Shown: positions 1 to 12,969 of the stretch, piece after piece
Position numbering within the stretch: position 1 is the stretch's first letter
How the letters are laid out: every line of letters begins with the position of its first letter
From: Octopus bimaculoides
Lineage: Eukaryota
Assembly (NCBI RefSeq): GCF_001194135.2
Contig: NC_068990.1
Span: 4,713,973-4,777,972 of the forward strand
Direction: 5' to 3'
DNA: 64,000 bases
Translations under genes and position numbers: made by a program
Notes under the pieces: generated by a model
Database searches by the model: none
What the model was told of the DNA's origin: nothing
Seen by the model: the letters and a program-made list of their open reading frames with translations, nothing else

Positions 1-99
1 TATATATATATATATCTGTGGCTATTTATATATATGTATATATATAAATAAATGTAGTTATGCAAGATGCAAAGATACTGCTTTAAGGGGTTTTTCTCG

Positions 100-245
100 A
101 AAAAATCAACCCCAGGTCTTTTGCAAAGTGTGTTTTTAACTCCATTGGTTTCTTTGCTGAAATGCTAAGTAGTAGAGATGTAAACAAACATCAGTTGCCA
201 AGCAGTGCTGGGAATTAAACACACAGACATTCATACATACTTTTA
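100..245 (-). repeat. Fragment of the abundant Octopus-type SINE (3' part)
   Basis: ggtttctttgctgaaatgctaagt...gatgtaaacaaacatcagttgccaagcagtg matches the reverse complement of the SINE body at 35700-35790. Confidence 0.6.
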
Positions 246-494
246 TATATGTATACACACACACACACACATATCTCATGCATGTATCTATAAAATGTAT
301 GCTAAAAATATTCCACTCAGGTGAAGAGATATAGAAAAGAATAAAGAAGAAAATGTATTTTTCTGTTTATGTTGCAGTGAATTGATCCCGAAGAATATTA
401 TTGCAATTATATGTTTTCAAAATGTCTTATTAAACTCTTTGGCATTCATAATTATAAAAATACATCAAAATAAATAATTTCAAACCGACTTCAA

Positions 495-1330
495 ATCTTA
501 CAGAAAATATTCTTACAACAATGAACATGTATAAAGTTTTCCAAATAGCCTTTATTTAATATATAGTCCTTTAATGGAAGTAGCCACATCATAGACTCAC
601 AAGGTAACAAGGCAAGAAATATGGTATGTGTTATTAAACCCAAATTCACCTTTATCAATGTCAGTATGCTTAATCATTTAAGGGAAAATATATGAAGTGG
701 ATACTAGAAAATGAATTAGAAGTAAGTGTCTGCATTTGATTAATGATTTAAACTTGTTTGCATTTTGCTATAGAATATGCTTCTTTATTAATTCGTTGTG
801 GTTCTGTCATATTTTCTGCACATTAAAATAGAGGAAAAAGGTTAAAATTTGGTTGCTGAGTTGCTGCACATCTATCTAAACACTCACTGAATTGAACTGT
901 TCTAGTGTCTGGATTATTTGCTGTCTATGAACCATCATACCTTTCGTGCATGACATGCTGGTTTGACCAATGCAATTTTTATCACACTTATGACATTAAG
1001 TTTTCCAAAAGGATTGAAAAGTTATGTCTTAATTGAAAAATTTGCCCATTTTTGAAATGGAACTTGCAGCTTTCAAATATATTGATACAAAATCCATAAT
1101 TTGATCTTCCACATTTTCTAAATGCTGGATTTTTGTAATATTGGTAGGTAGCTGGGTACTTGTTAAAAGCATTTTCAACGAATGTGGAGGCTGTTTTTTT
1201 TTTATCATTTTATGTTTTACTCAAATTCTCCTCAGTCTAGACTCACGTTTTAACAACAGTGAATTTTGCTTCATCAAACTAAAGGCCTGTTTTCTTCAGA
1301 CTGTGAATTGAGATGCATAGTAAAACATTT
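495..1330 (-). mobile_element. Degenerate Penelope-like element, GIY-YIG endonuclease region and 3' terminal repeat (left arm of fold-back A)
   Basis: Minus-strand translation across frameshifts: KKQPPHSLKMLLT...RKCGRSNYGFCINIFESCKFHFKNGQIFQLRHNFS...CHKCDKNCIGQTSMSCTKGMMVHRQQI...PDTRTVQFSECLDRCAATQQPNFNLFPLF. This matches the PLE linker-Cys plus GIY-YIG pattern (YIGQT..L.KR...H.Q). Confidence 0.8.
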
Positions 1331-1339
1331 GTTCTTGTT

Positions 1340-2100
1340 TTAGTTTTCACAGTTCTGAGTTTTGCTTAAAAATGGGAAAATTTTTAAAATGAAAAATAAC
1401 TTTCATGCATTTTAAAAACTTAATTTATGTTATAAAATGTGGGTGTACTAAAAACTGTGTTGACCAAACAGGCATGTCACTGAGAAAATGCATGACAACA
1501 GATACAAGATCTGAGCTCTGGAAAAAAAAGACTCAGTGAGCATTTAGATAAATGTATAGGAATTCAGCAACCAGATTTTAAACATTTTTTCTCTATACCA
1601 TTGTGCAGAAAATATGAAAGAACAACAAAGAATAAATAAACTTACTTCATTGTAAAATATGAACCAAGATTATATCATTACACAAATACTGACCACTTTT
1701 CTAATTCGTTATCTACTGTTCATAAAATGTATTTCCCTCTTATATTTTTGAGTAATTAAAAGTATAAAAATTCACATCTCTACTTAATTTGGATCCAACA
1801 TATGCAATAATTAAAAAACATTTTTATGGTAAAATATAAATCAAGTTTAAATAATTAACCAAATATTGACACATTTTTCTAATTTTTATGATATATTTCC
1901 ACATATTTTTGAATGATTAAAAGTACAAAAATTTACAGGGGTTAATTTAGATTTGATAACATATACAATATTACTTCCTTTATTATACTCTGTGAGTCTA
2001 TGATGAGGATACGTCCAGTACGGGTACTATATATTAAATGATGGCTAGTAACAAGCCATTACACATGTACATTGCAATGAATAACTTCTGTAAGTAGATC
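1340..2100 (+). mobile_element. Second, inverted copy of the same Penelope-like 3' region (right arm of fold-back A), with an internal ~180-bp tandem duplication
   Basis: Plus strand encodes CTKNCVDQTGMSLRKCMT...SEHLDKCIGIQQPDFK. It aligns by eye to the reverse complement of 495-1080, e.g. gtgagtctatgatg at ~1992 vs catcatagactcac at ~587. Segment ~1650-1810 is repeated at ~1830-1970. Confidence 0.8.
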
Positions 2101-2189
2101 AGTACATTAAATATATAACAAAGCATTAGTATACTGTACAAGCAAAAAATACAAGATATATTTATATATCTTCTATTTCTTTGCTTGGC

Positions 2190-2520
2190 TTTGTGAACAA
2201 AGATTATGAAGGGTTGACTGCAGGCATACTTGTGGCTAACAAGCACAATGTGGGACAGGTAGATATGGCTATAATGGCTGAAATTGAAGGTCTGTTCAGA
2301 ATTTGATAACATTGTTTGTGTTGCAGTTCTTCCGCCTGTAACTTTTGTCCTTGATAGTGGCCTGGCAGGTTTCTTTGCAAAGGAGCTGACAGCATTGTTG
2401 ATGGTGAGATGTTAGGTGTCATGGTCTTCAGCGGGGGTAGACTACTGGTGATGGTTGATGTGACAGGTGCCAAAGGGATTTTTCAAACAGTCCTTGTATT
2501 GTTTTTGTGCCCTTCTGCTT
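2190..2520 (-). mobile_element. RTE-clade LINE 3' end remnant
   Basis: Minus frame RRAQKQYKDCLKNPFGTCHINHHQ*STPAEDHDT*HLTINNAVSSF...EQTFNFSHYSHIYLSHIVLVSHKYAC. This is a decayed form of the RTE C-terminus (RYKDCLK..L..C.I....W...A.DR..W / CSHC.R.C.SRIGL.SH.R.C). Confidence 0.75.
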
Positions 2521-2790
2521 TTTAATATCAGTTTGGCAAACCCACCTCATCAGATATCCAGAGAAGGGTATCGAAAATTGAAACAAATTTAAAATGGCTT
2601 CAAGTTGTTAGGCCTCCACTTGTGCAACAACTCATTTCCAACATCCTGTCTGAGCAAATGAAACGAAGAATAAAGAAAACAACTGATGTCACCTCTTCAA
2701 TAATAACACCTTGCATCCTCAGCTGAGCAATAGAGGCCTAACAACTGGAAGCCATCTTGGATTTGTCTCAAATTCTGATACTCCCAGCTA
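2521..2790. repeat. Short inverted repeat (fold-back E), probably PLE terminal-repeat derived
   Basis: ~2575-2625 is the reverse complement of ~2724-2774 (core agttgttaggcctc / gaggcctaacaact). The minus strand at 2525-2558 reads gatat-CTGATGA-ggtgggtttgcc-aaac, a decayed hammerhead-like core. Confidence 0.55.
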
Positions 2791-3974
2791 ATCATATGAT
2801 CAAAATACTCACCTGAAGAAACACATTTTACACCTTTGATGGATGGTAATAATTATCATCTCACCAATATACTACACGTGTGATGATGAATGGAAAAAAC
2901 TGTACTGATAGTGATATAGAATATCTTATTAATTTCTTTGTATAAACTCTACAGATACTATGGAATTTCACATTTGACAGGAGTATTCTCATTCAGCAGC
3001 CAATACCTGTGGATGAACTTTGCACAGCGTACTACAAAGTTTTAACTCAAATTTTTATTCAACTACATGTAGAAAGATCAATATATGTATNNNNNNNNNN
3101 NNNNNNNNNNNNNNNNNNNNNNNNNNNNNNNNNNNNNNNNNNNNNNNNNNNNNNNNNNNNNNNNNNNNNNNNNNNNNNNNNNNNNNNNNNNNNNNNNNNN
3201 NNNNNNNNNNNNNNNNNNNNNNNNNNNNNNNNNNNNNNNNNNNNNNNNNNNNNNNNNNNNNNNNNNNNNNNNNNNNNNNNNNNNNNNNNNNNNNNNNNNN
3301 NNNNNNNNNNNNNNNNNNNNNNNNNNNNNNNNNNNNNNNNNNNNNNNNNNNNNNNNNNNNNNNNNNNNNNNNNNNNNNNNNNNNNNNNNNNNNNNNNNNN
3401 NNNNNNNNNNNNNNNNNNNNNNNNNNNNNNNNNNNNNNNNNNNNNNNNNNNNNNNNNNNNNNNNNNNNNNNNNNNNNNNNNNNNNNNNNNNNNNNNNNNN
3501 NNNNNNNNNNNNNNNNNNNNNNNNNNNNNNNNNNNNNNNNNNNNNNNNNNNNNNNNNNNNNNNNNNNNNNNNNNNNNNNNNNNNNNNNNNNNNNNNNNNN
3601 NNNNNNNNNNNNNNNNNNNNNNTATATATATATATATATATATATTTGTGTGTGTATGTGTGTATGTATAAATATATATATGCATGTATGTATGTATGTA
3701 TGTATGTGTGTATGTATGTATGTAGTATGTATGTATGTGTGCATGTATATATTTGCCGAGATTGTTTCAATTTCTATTTTTCAAATCTACTCTCAAATTT
3801 TTAGTTGGCCTGGAGATATACAGAAAACTTTCATACAAATGTGTGTCAAGGTAATACAAGTGATGTCATTCATTTTCAACATTTCCTGCAAAAAGTATGT
3901 TTAACCTAGGGAAAATATTATCTTGCCTGGAAACAGATGAGGAATGGTGACAGGAAGGGCATAGAAAATCTTCC

Positions 3975-4013
<39 letters not shown>

Positions 4014-4125
4014 ACAAAACGAATGCCTGTCTGTATCTTATATATATATGTATATATCATATATATATATGGTACATTGTGATATATATATGATATATAT
4101 ACAGAGAGATATGTGTGTATATATA

Positions 4126-4176
<51 letters not shown>

Positions 4177-4178
4177 TA

Positions 4179-5345
4179 TGAGGGAGTACCCAAAAGAAAC
4201 CAGAATTTTGCAATATGATTTTATTCACTTAGTTTTACATGTTTTACACTTTTACCACCTTCAAAGTATTCTCCATTTGTAGCAATGTATTGGTCCAAAT
4301 GTGTTTTCCACTGATTGAAGCAGTCCTGGAACTCTTGCGAAGTGAAGCCTTTTAACGACCCCAACATTCTTTTTTCCGTCACTTCTTCTACATTTGCAAT
4401 ACATTTTCTTTTAAGGACTATTTTCATTCGGGGGGAACATAAAAAAAGTCACAGGCAGCAAGATCGGTGTAAGTGGGGTCATGCCTTTTTTGGCCGAAAA
4501 ACTGTCTCGCACTCAAGACGGTGTGTGCAGTGCAGTGTCGTGATGAAACCACAACTTTACACTTTGCTACAGGTCGGGGTGTTTTCATCTCACTGCATCT
4601 GGCAAATGCTTCAGAACTGCAAAGTAAAATGTCTGCTTAACAATTTGACCAGGAGGAACAAATTCCATGTGGACAATTCCTTTCACATCAAAGGAATTCC
4701 ATGAAACAAATCAGCATTGTCTTGACACTGGACTTCACTTGATGTACTTTTTTGGAGTGTGGTGATATTGAATGTTTCCATTGACTTGACTGCTGCTTCA
4801 TTTCTGGGCTGTAGCCATAGCACCAGCTTTCTGAATCAACTTCCAACTATTCTTTCTGTTCATGACATGCATTCAGTCATAATTGTTTTTGATCTTCCAT
4901 GAGCAAGCGAGGCACACATTTTGCTGCAACAGTTTTCATTTGCTCAAACTTCGTTGGCAGGAGTGCTCCAGGAGACACCATCATATCAACAAGTTCGTCA
5001 ATTGTTCAGCGACGGTCCTCCAAGATCAGCTCATGAATTTTTGTGATGTTTTCATTCATGTGGAAGGTTGATGGTTTCCCTGAATGAGGTTGGTCATCAA
5101 GTGACATGTGATCATTCCAAAAACGTAAAAATCGTTTGTAAGCTTGTGTTTCACTCATAGCAGCATCCTTGTAAGCTGTTTGAAGCATGATAACTGTTTT
5201 AGTCACCATTTTTCCCTGCAGAAAACAGAATTTCATGGAAGTACGCTGTTCTTTTGTTTCGGCCATAGCAAAAATTGACAAACAGGAGAGAAGCACTGCA
5301 AAACAAAGATGCACCACATGGCATATTGACTGCAATGCCACCGGT
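4179..5345 (-). mobile_element. Degenerate mariner transposon
   Basis: One TIR-like end (TA|tgagggagtacccaaaagaaacc). The N-terminal HTH reads MAETKEQRTSMKFCFLQGK...AYKDAAMS...DDQPHSGKPST and the C-terminus reads FQDCFNQWKTHLDQYIATNGEYFEG. There are stops and frameshifts in between, and I did not find the other TIR. Confidence 0.85.
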
Positions 5346-6390
5346 TGGCAGATTAATGCCTATGTGTGTGTATGTGTGAATATTAGAGTGTTACCCATAA
5401 AGTAACTGGTAATTTTAGAAGTATAATTTTGTCCTCATGGATAGTATCAAGAAATATAATTATAATTTAACATTCATCAAATTTCTTGATGCTTATACAA
5501 AACGATGAATGAATAATAATTTTCATGAAAAAAATACTTATTACCTGAAAACATAAAACAAATTTCATATTTGTATACTCTCTATTACTATTACTTAGTA
5601 TATTATTATTACTTAGTAATAGTATATATTACTATTTTTCTAAATTTTGTTAACATAATTGTAATCTACATCATCAAAAATCTATTTCTGCAAAATTTTT
5701 ATATGGAGAAAGAATTTTTGCTGGAAGTTATAAGACTTTCTGCACCACTTATGTTAACACTCTCTATTTGTCTTTTTTACTCCCTTTCTTACATTTATTT
5801 ATAACGTGTAAAGTGTGGATTAATCACTCAACAAACCAGCCATCTCCTTTACTGGTTATTATTATACATAGTTATGATACACACACACACATATATATAT
5901 GTATATATGCACAGGGATTAAACTAGATTTTTAGAGATCCGTGAAATGAAATCACGATATTTACAAGAGAGGACTCCAACAAATAGCTATTTACCAGATA
6001 CAACTGATTAATATAACATGAATTCACATCACAGATCTTTAAAAATCCATGCCAATCCATTCATCTACAATACTATTGGATGTTATTACATAATATATGT
6101 ATTATTACGCAATATGCACCAGTCATTATTTATCCAAAACAGCTGTAAGGAGACTTGACTACATTACACATGAATTCGTATAAACAATTTTCCATGTAAA
6201 TTTTCCTTACACCAACTGGTTTCTGTCATTTGTACTGGTACACCCACTTACTGTAGATTGTCCTTATTGCTCATTTCCTACAACAGAGCTACCCACCTTA
6301 GAGGTAGGAGATTGTGTCTAAGCTTTGAATTTACCTAAGCTCTACTGGGAAACTATCTATACCAATCTCGCATTACCTTTTGCATGACCA

Positions 6391-6440
<50 letters not shown>

Positions 6441-6883
6441 CATATATACAAGCATACATACATATTTATATATANNNNNNNNNNNNNNNNNNNNNNNNNN
6501 NNNNNNNNNNNNNNNNNNNNNNNNNNNNNNNNNNNNNNNNNNNNNNNNNNNNNNNNNNNNNNNNNNNNNNNNNNNNNNNNNNNNNNNNNNNNNNNNNNNN
6601 NNNNNNNNNNNNNNNNNNNNNNNNNNNNNNNNNNNNNNNNNNNNNNNNNNNNNNNNNNNNNNNNNNNNNNNNNNNNNNNNNNNNNNNNNNNNNNNNNNNN
6701 NNNNNNNNNNNNNNNNNNNNNNNNNNNNNNNNNNNNNNNNNNNNNNNNNNNNNNNNNNNNNNNNNNNNNNNNNNNNNNNNNNNNNNNNNNNNNNNNNNNN
6801 NNNNNNNNNNNNNNNNNNNNNNNNNNNNNNNNNNNNNNNNNNNNNNNNNTGTGTGTGTGTGTGTGTATATATACATATATTTT

Positions 6884-7260
6884 GTTGTTGGCACTCCGTC
6901 GCTTACGACGCCGAGGGTTCAAGTTGAGCCAATCAACGGAACAGCCTGCTCGTGAAGTGAACGTGCAAGTGGCTGAGCACTCCACAGACACGTGTACCCT
7001 TAACGTAGTTCTCGGGGATATTCAGCGTGACACAGTGTGACAAGGCTGACCCTTTGAATTACAGGCACAACAGGATGTAAGAGTGAGAGAAAGTTGTGGT
7101 GGAAGAGTACAGCAGGGTTCGCCACCATCCCCTGCTGGAGCCTCGTGGAGCTTTAGGTGTTTTCGCTCAATAAACACTCACAACGCTCGGTCTGGGAATC
7201 AAAACCGCGATCCTTTGATTGCGAGTCCACTGCCTTAACCACTGGGTCATTGCGCCTCCA
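6884..7260 (-). mobile_element. tRNA-derived SINE, well preserved
   Basis: The minus strand begins TGGAGGCGCAATGACCCAGTGGTTAAGG...GGTTTTGATTCC (A and B boxes). The body is shared with copies at 46971 and 57671, and CpGs are retained. Confidence 0.85.
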
Positions 7261-7451
7261 CATATATATATTTATATATATATATATACACACATATACA
7301 TACATATGTGTGTGTGTGTCTTTGACTGTGAATGAAAAAAATGGAAGTAGTAATATTGTATATAAAAAGGTATATTGAATGCATATTACATAACTTTAAT
7401 TTTCTCCATAATTGTATGATAAATCGCCATGTATATGTATATATATGAATG

Positions 7452-7503
<52 letters not shown>

Positions 7504-8639
7504 NNNNNNNNNNNNNNNNNNNNNNNNNNNNNNNNNNNNNNNNNNNNNNNNNNNNNNNNNNNNNNNNNNNNNNNNNNNNNNNNNNNNNNNNNNNNNNNNN
7601 NNNNNNNNNNNNNNNNNNNNNNNNNNNNNNNNNNNNNNNNNNNNNNNNNNNNNNNNNNNNNNNNNNNNNNNNNNNNNNNNNNNNNNNNNNNNNNNNNNNN
7701 NNNNNNNNNNNNNNNNNNNNNNNNNNNNNNNNNNNNNNNNNNNNNNNNNNNNNNNNNNNNNNNNNNNNNNNNNNNNNNNNNNNNNNNNNNNNNNNNNNNN
7801 NNNNNNNNNNNNNNNNNNNNNNNNNNNNNNNNNNNNNNNNNNNNNNNNNNNNNNNNNNNNNNNNNNNNNNNNNNNNNNNNNNNNNNNNNNNNNNNNNNNN
7901 NNNNNNNNNNNNNNNNNNNNNNNNNNNNNNNNNNNNNNNNNNNNNNNNNNNNNNNNNNNNNNNNNNNNNNNNNNNNNNNNNNNNNNNNNNNNNNNNNNNN
8001 NNNNNNNNNNNNNNNNNNNNNNNNNNNNNNNNNNNNNNNNNNNNNNNNNNNNNNNNNNNNNNNNNNNNNNNNNNNNNNNNNNNNNNNNNNNNNNNNNNNN
8101 NNNNNNNNNNNNNNNNNNNNNNNNNNNNNNNNNNNNNNNNNNNNNNNNNNNNNNNNNNNNNNNNNNNNNNNNNNNNNNNNNNNNNNNNNNNNNNNNNNNN
8201 NNNNNNNNNNNNNNNNNNNNNNNNNNNNNNNNNNNNNNNNNNNNNNNNNNNNNNNNNNNNNNNNNNNNNNNNNNNNNNNNNNNNNNNNNNNNNNNNNNNN
8301 NNNNNNNNNNNNNNNNNNNNNNNNNNNNNNNNNNNNNNNNNNNNNNNNNNNNNNNNNNNNNNNNNNNNNNNNNNNNNNNNNNNNNNNNNNNNNNNNNNNN
8401 AGTTGCATTCCCTCGCTTTCGGTAAATATGTTGCTTATTTTTTGGTAGTTTATGACTTATTTAGTCCCTCTAAGCGTGAGGCATTACTATATAGTTAATG
8501 CCCTGATATAAATTATATATATTTATGGGAAAAAAACGATGAGTTTTTTTTCCTTATGGGGTTTTTTCACGCTGACTACTTGATAAATTCTTATAAAGAT
8601 TTTATCCTACATTATATTATATTATATTATATTATATCA

Positions 8640-8735
8640 TCATCATTCATCATCATCATCGTTTAACGTCCGCTTTCCATGCTAGCATGGGTTGGACGAT
8701 TTGACTGAGGACTGGTGAAACCGGATGACTGTGCA
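8640..8735 (-). repeat. RTE-type LINE/SINE 3' tail with (CAT)n
   Basis: catcatcatcgtttaacgtccgctttccatgctagcatgggttgg is the reverse complement of the tail at 43810-43860. Confidence 0.65.
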
Positions 8736-9836
8736 TAAGCAAAGGTGAGGCAGTGTGTTTTATAAGTTTCTTTCCCAGTTACATGGTTTTAGGTTGAGTC
8801 TCATTGCATTCCACCTTGGGAAATACCTTGAACTCTTGACCTCTGTCAACCAAAACTTTGTGAGAAGATTCGGCATACAGAAAAAAGAACCTGTCATACA
8901 CACACACACATATATAATTGATTAAGTTGGAGTGAACAAGAAGGAGCACAAAGGAACATTTATTTGTAATCACTACAGTTGTTTCCACACTACACTGTTC
9001 TCCAAGTTCTCAGATGTTTGGCTATATAACCATTTCCTTGCATTATGAGATTTTGTATTTCATCAGGTGATAAACAAATATTGTTTCAGTGTTCTGTAAA
9101 CTCAAAATTTCGGCTTTGGCCACATTCTTTCTCTCTCTCATGGCTGTATGTGGCAGAAGGGAGTACCAATCTATTTCTTTGTACTGCTAATTCATTCTGT
9201 ATGTTTAGTTAGCCATGCAATTGCCAATGGTTGACCTTCAAGAACTCACCGGTCATTCAGTTGATGAACTTACATTATCCTATATAGATCGGCATACCAT
9301 ATATGTAGACATACATGCTCTCATCTATACATATATGCATATGTACCTGAATATACACCACTACGACTTTACATACATACGCTCATGCAGTTACATAACC
9401 AAATATCTGAAAACCTGGAGAGTAATGTTGTGTGGAAACAATTGTAGAGATTACAAACAAATGTTCCACTGTACTTCTTGTTAATTCCAACTTATTCAAT
9501 TATCCATTCACTCTCTACAACACTACAGAAGCCCTAATGCAAACCTGGCTGGAAGTATGGTACTAGTATTGGATAGCAGTGGGTAAAATCTGAAGGTGGA
9601 TGAGCTTTATACTGTACGTTCTTAACAGGATATAACCTAACTATACACACACACAAAGACACATACACAGAAGGGGATTCATTTAGTTTGTCAACCAAAT
9701 ATGTCCAGAAGCATATGGTTGACCCATGATCACAGCAGAAGACAGTGGCTAAGGGTGAAACCTGGAACCATGTGGCTGGCATGCAAACTTCTTAAGCCTT
9801 CAATAATGTGTAATTATAGATTTGTGAGTGTGTGTG

Positions 9837-9878
<42 letters not shown>

Positions 9879-9995
9879 NNNNNNNNNNNNNNNNNNNNNN
9901 NNNNNNNNNNNNNNNNNNNNNNNNNNNNNNNNNNNNNNNNNNNNNNNNNNNNNNNNNNNNNNNNNNNNNNNNNNNNNNNNNNNNNNNNNNNNNNN

Positions 9996-10026
<31 letters not shown>

Positions 10027-11289
10027 TAAATACATCTCTCTCTCGATACACACACACACACACACACACACGTGTACCCCTCTGAAAGCAATGAGCAGAA
10101 ACGATAATATAAAGAAAAAATTCAACAGAAGAGGGATAAGTTTTAGCAAATATTGCATTAGTTTAACTAGTTTAACAATTAAAAGGACATGAAGTTAGCC
10201 TCAACATTTGAGATCCCAGTAATTCATGTGGAGTAAAGGTAGAAGAAATTAAAAGAATGCAAATGAGGAAAAGAGGATGAAAAAGGAAAAAAAAAAAACA
10301 TAGATGAGAGGTAATAAGCCAAGTAAGAAAGTAATTAAACTAATAGGATATTTGTTAAAACTTGAGTCTTGTTTGCTGTCTTTTTTCTTTTTGATCATTG
10401 CCTTCGCATTTTTAACATTTATGCAGACACTTATCTTTGTATATAGTTTTAGGTCTGTCTATATGTGTGTGTGTGTATTTGTGTGTATAAATGTACATAT
10501 ATTTGTGGGTGTATATACATATATATTTCTGTGTATATATATATATATATTTGTGTGTGTGTGTATATGTATATATATATATATATATACATATATGCAT
10601 CTGCTTGTTTCTCTCTTGTTTCTTTCTGTGTTCCTTTCTGTGGAAGAGCATAGGCTCGAAATGTTAAAGACTTTTTCAGTTCCTAAGCGTTATACTAATA
10701 CATCTGTTTGTTGTCTACACCACCTGTCTTCGTCTTTTGTGTTTAGTGTGTGTACATATGCTTTAGAAATTTTACATAATAGTTTATATATCTTATATAT
10801 ATCTATCATACTGTAAAATTTCTAAAAACTTTTACTATATCTAATTGCATTTTATTTGGTGGAAACATGTCTTCTGATGTGAAACTCATTAGCAGAGGCA
10901 GAATGAAATGTGAGCTTACTGTATCAAAAAGTGAATCAGATTGCTTCTCCCTTAAGTTACATCATATACATGTACTTGAATTTTACCTTGAAGAGTGCAA
11001 AAGTCAGTCTCCAAGGTGTAATATGCACAAACTTTAATTTTTACATACAATAAACACATACACACATAAATATATACACACGCATACACACACATGCACA
11101 CGAACACACACACACAGAAGGAAATCGTTTTGTTCTCCCAAAATACTGAAAATTCTGAAAATATTTGATTTTGCCATACATTGATCAACTTCATTACAGA
11201 CAGAAATAACACTGATTTTTTTTTGAGTTCGTTTCATGTGGAAAACAAAACAAAAAGCAAGCAAAAATATGTAAAATAATAATAATAAT

Positions 11290-11354
<65 letters not shown>

Positions 11355-11487
11355 AGCACCAGATTGGGATTAAAAGAAAATATATATATGACTTGACTGA
11401 ACAGATTTGTTGCAAATCACACAACAAGGATAATATTTAACAGACAACCAGAGGATAAAAGTTTTAGAAAATTTCTAGTCTACTTAC

Positions 11488-11595
11488 AGAGCTCGCACTA
11501 CTTGTCTCTGAGAAGTCCATGGAAGCATTTAATGGAGGCCCGTTTGACATAGGGGCATTTGACTCTGTGGTATTCTGCATGTCGAGTGTATCAGT
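11488..11595 (-). CDS. Internal coding exon candidate (108 nt, phase 0-0) of an unidentified minus-strand gene: TDTLDMQNTTESNAPMSNGPPLNASMDFSETSSASS
   Basis: Acceptor ttcatgtttatactctgtcatgcAG and donor TCT|GTAAGT. The length is a multiple of 3, only one frame is open, GC is higher than the flanks, and the sequence is non-repetitive. Confidence 0.65.
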
Positions 11596-11847
11596 CTGCA
11601 TGACAGAGTATAAACATGAACTCAGTCAGGCAACTATTAGCCAGATAAAAAAATCCAACAGGACAGGGAGGAGAAATAATTCAAGGATTTGATCATCACA
11701 GACTTCAAGACAGAGACATACAATATCAAACTTCTGTAAGAATTATTGAACAAATCTAAATATCCCCAATCTGACGGCATTTAAGGACATGAAAATTTGA
11801 TACGTATAATTGTAGAATAATGTATGTATGTGTGCGTACTCATATGC

Positions 11848-11885
<38 letters not shown>

Positions 11886-11895
11886 NNNNNNNNNN

Positions 11896-11937
<42 letters not shown>

Positions 11938-12240
11938 CACACCTGCGTGTGTATAAACATACATATATATACAAACACACATGCACATACATACACACAT
12001 GCACATGTATGTTAATGTGAGTGAATTAGTTTGGAAAGATATGCAGTGCTAAATATGCAACTGTTAAAATGATTTCAACACAATGAGTAACCATACCTGA
12101 ATTAAGAGATATGTTACACAACATTATAATTTAAGATATGAATATTATAATGACATGCACACATACACATTTTTGTTCATATATATGTGTGTGTGTACCT
12201 GTATGTATATGCATGCATGTGTGCATACATACATATACAT

Positions 12241-12287
<47 letters not shown>

Positions 12288-12561
12288 NNNNNNNNNNNNN
12301 NNNNNNNNNNNNNNNNNNNNNNNNNNNNNNNNNNNNNNNNNNNNNNNNNNNNNNNNNNNNNNNNNNNNNNNNNNNNNNNNNNNNNNNNNNNNNNNNNNNN
12401 NNNNNNNNNNNNNNNNNNNNNNNNNNNNNNNNNNNNNNNNNNNNNNNNNNNNNNNNNNNNNNNNNNNNNNNNNNNNNNNNNNNNNNNNNNNNNNNNNNNN
12501 NNNNNNNNNNNNNNNNNNNNNNNNNNNNNNNNNNNNNNNNNNNNNNNNNNNNNNNNNNNNN

Positions 12562-12604
<43 letters not shown>

Positions 12605-12936
12605 ATATATGGAAATGTGTTTTATGTATGTGTATATTACATTATAAAATAGTATATATAGATGGAGATATAAATTTTCAAACTCCTACTAAAATGCTCA
12701 TTGTGATTTTTAATACAAATGTATTTGTAATCAGCACAAACTAAAATGCCAGAAATCTCATTTTATCAATAATTACAATGCTGAAACTAGATGAATTGGA
12801 ATTTATATTTCATTTTTTTCCTCCCACAAAATATTCTCAGTGAAATTTCTATTTTGTTGGAAAGCATATTTATTGGCAATAATATCATCTCATTATACAG
12901 GATTTAATTGTTCACATTTCCACATCTGAATATTAC

Positions 12937-12969
12937 CCAGGATGTCAGTCCCTGATGATCATCTCTTAC
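12937..12969 (-). CDS. Possible 33-nt phase-0 micro-exon (VRDDHQGLTSW), or a recursive-splice site
   Basis: Acceptor catacttttttaacacAG and a weaker donor TGG|GTAATA. The segment itself starts with GTAAGA. Confidence 0.25.

Noticed and set aside
6252-6277. 26-nt micro-exon candidate (EMSNKDNL) with GTAAGT donor
   Set aside because: Weak polypyrimidine tract; indistinguishable from chance.
8779-8988. 69-aa minus-strand ORF with exon-like look
   Set aside because: Mostly a decayed copy of the dominant SINE 5' region plus (TG)n.
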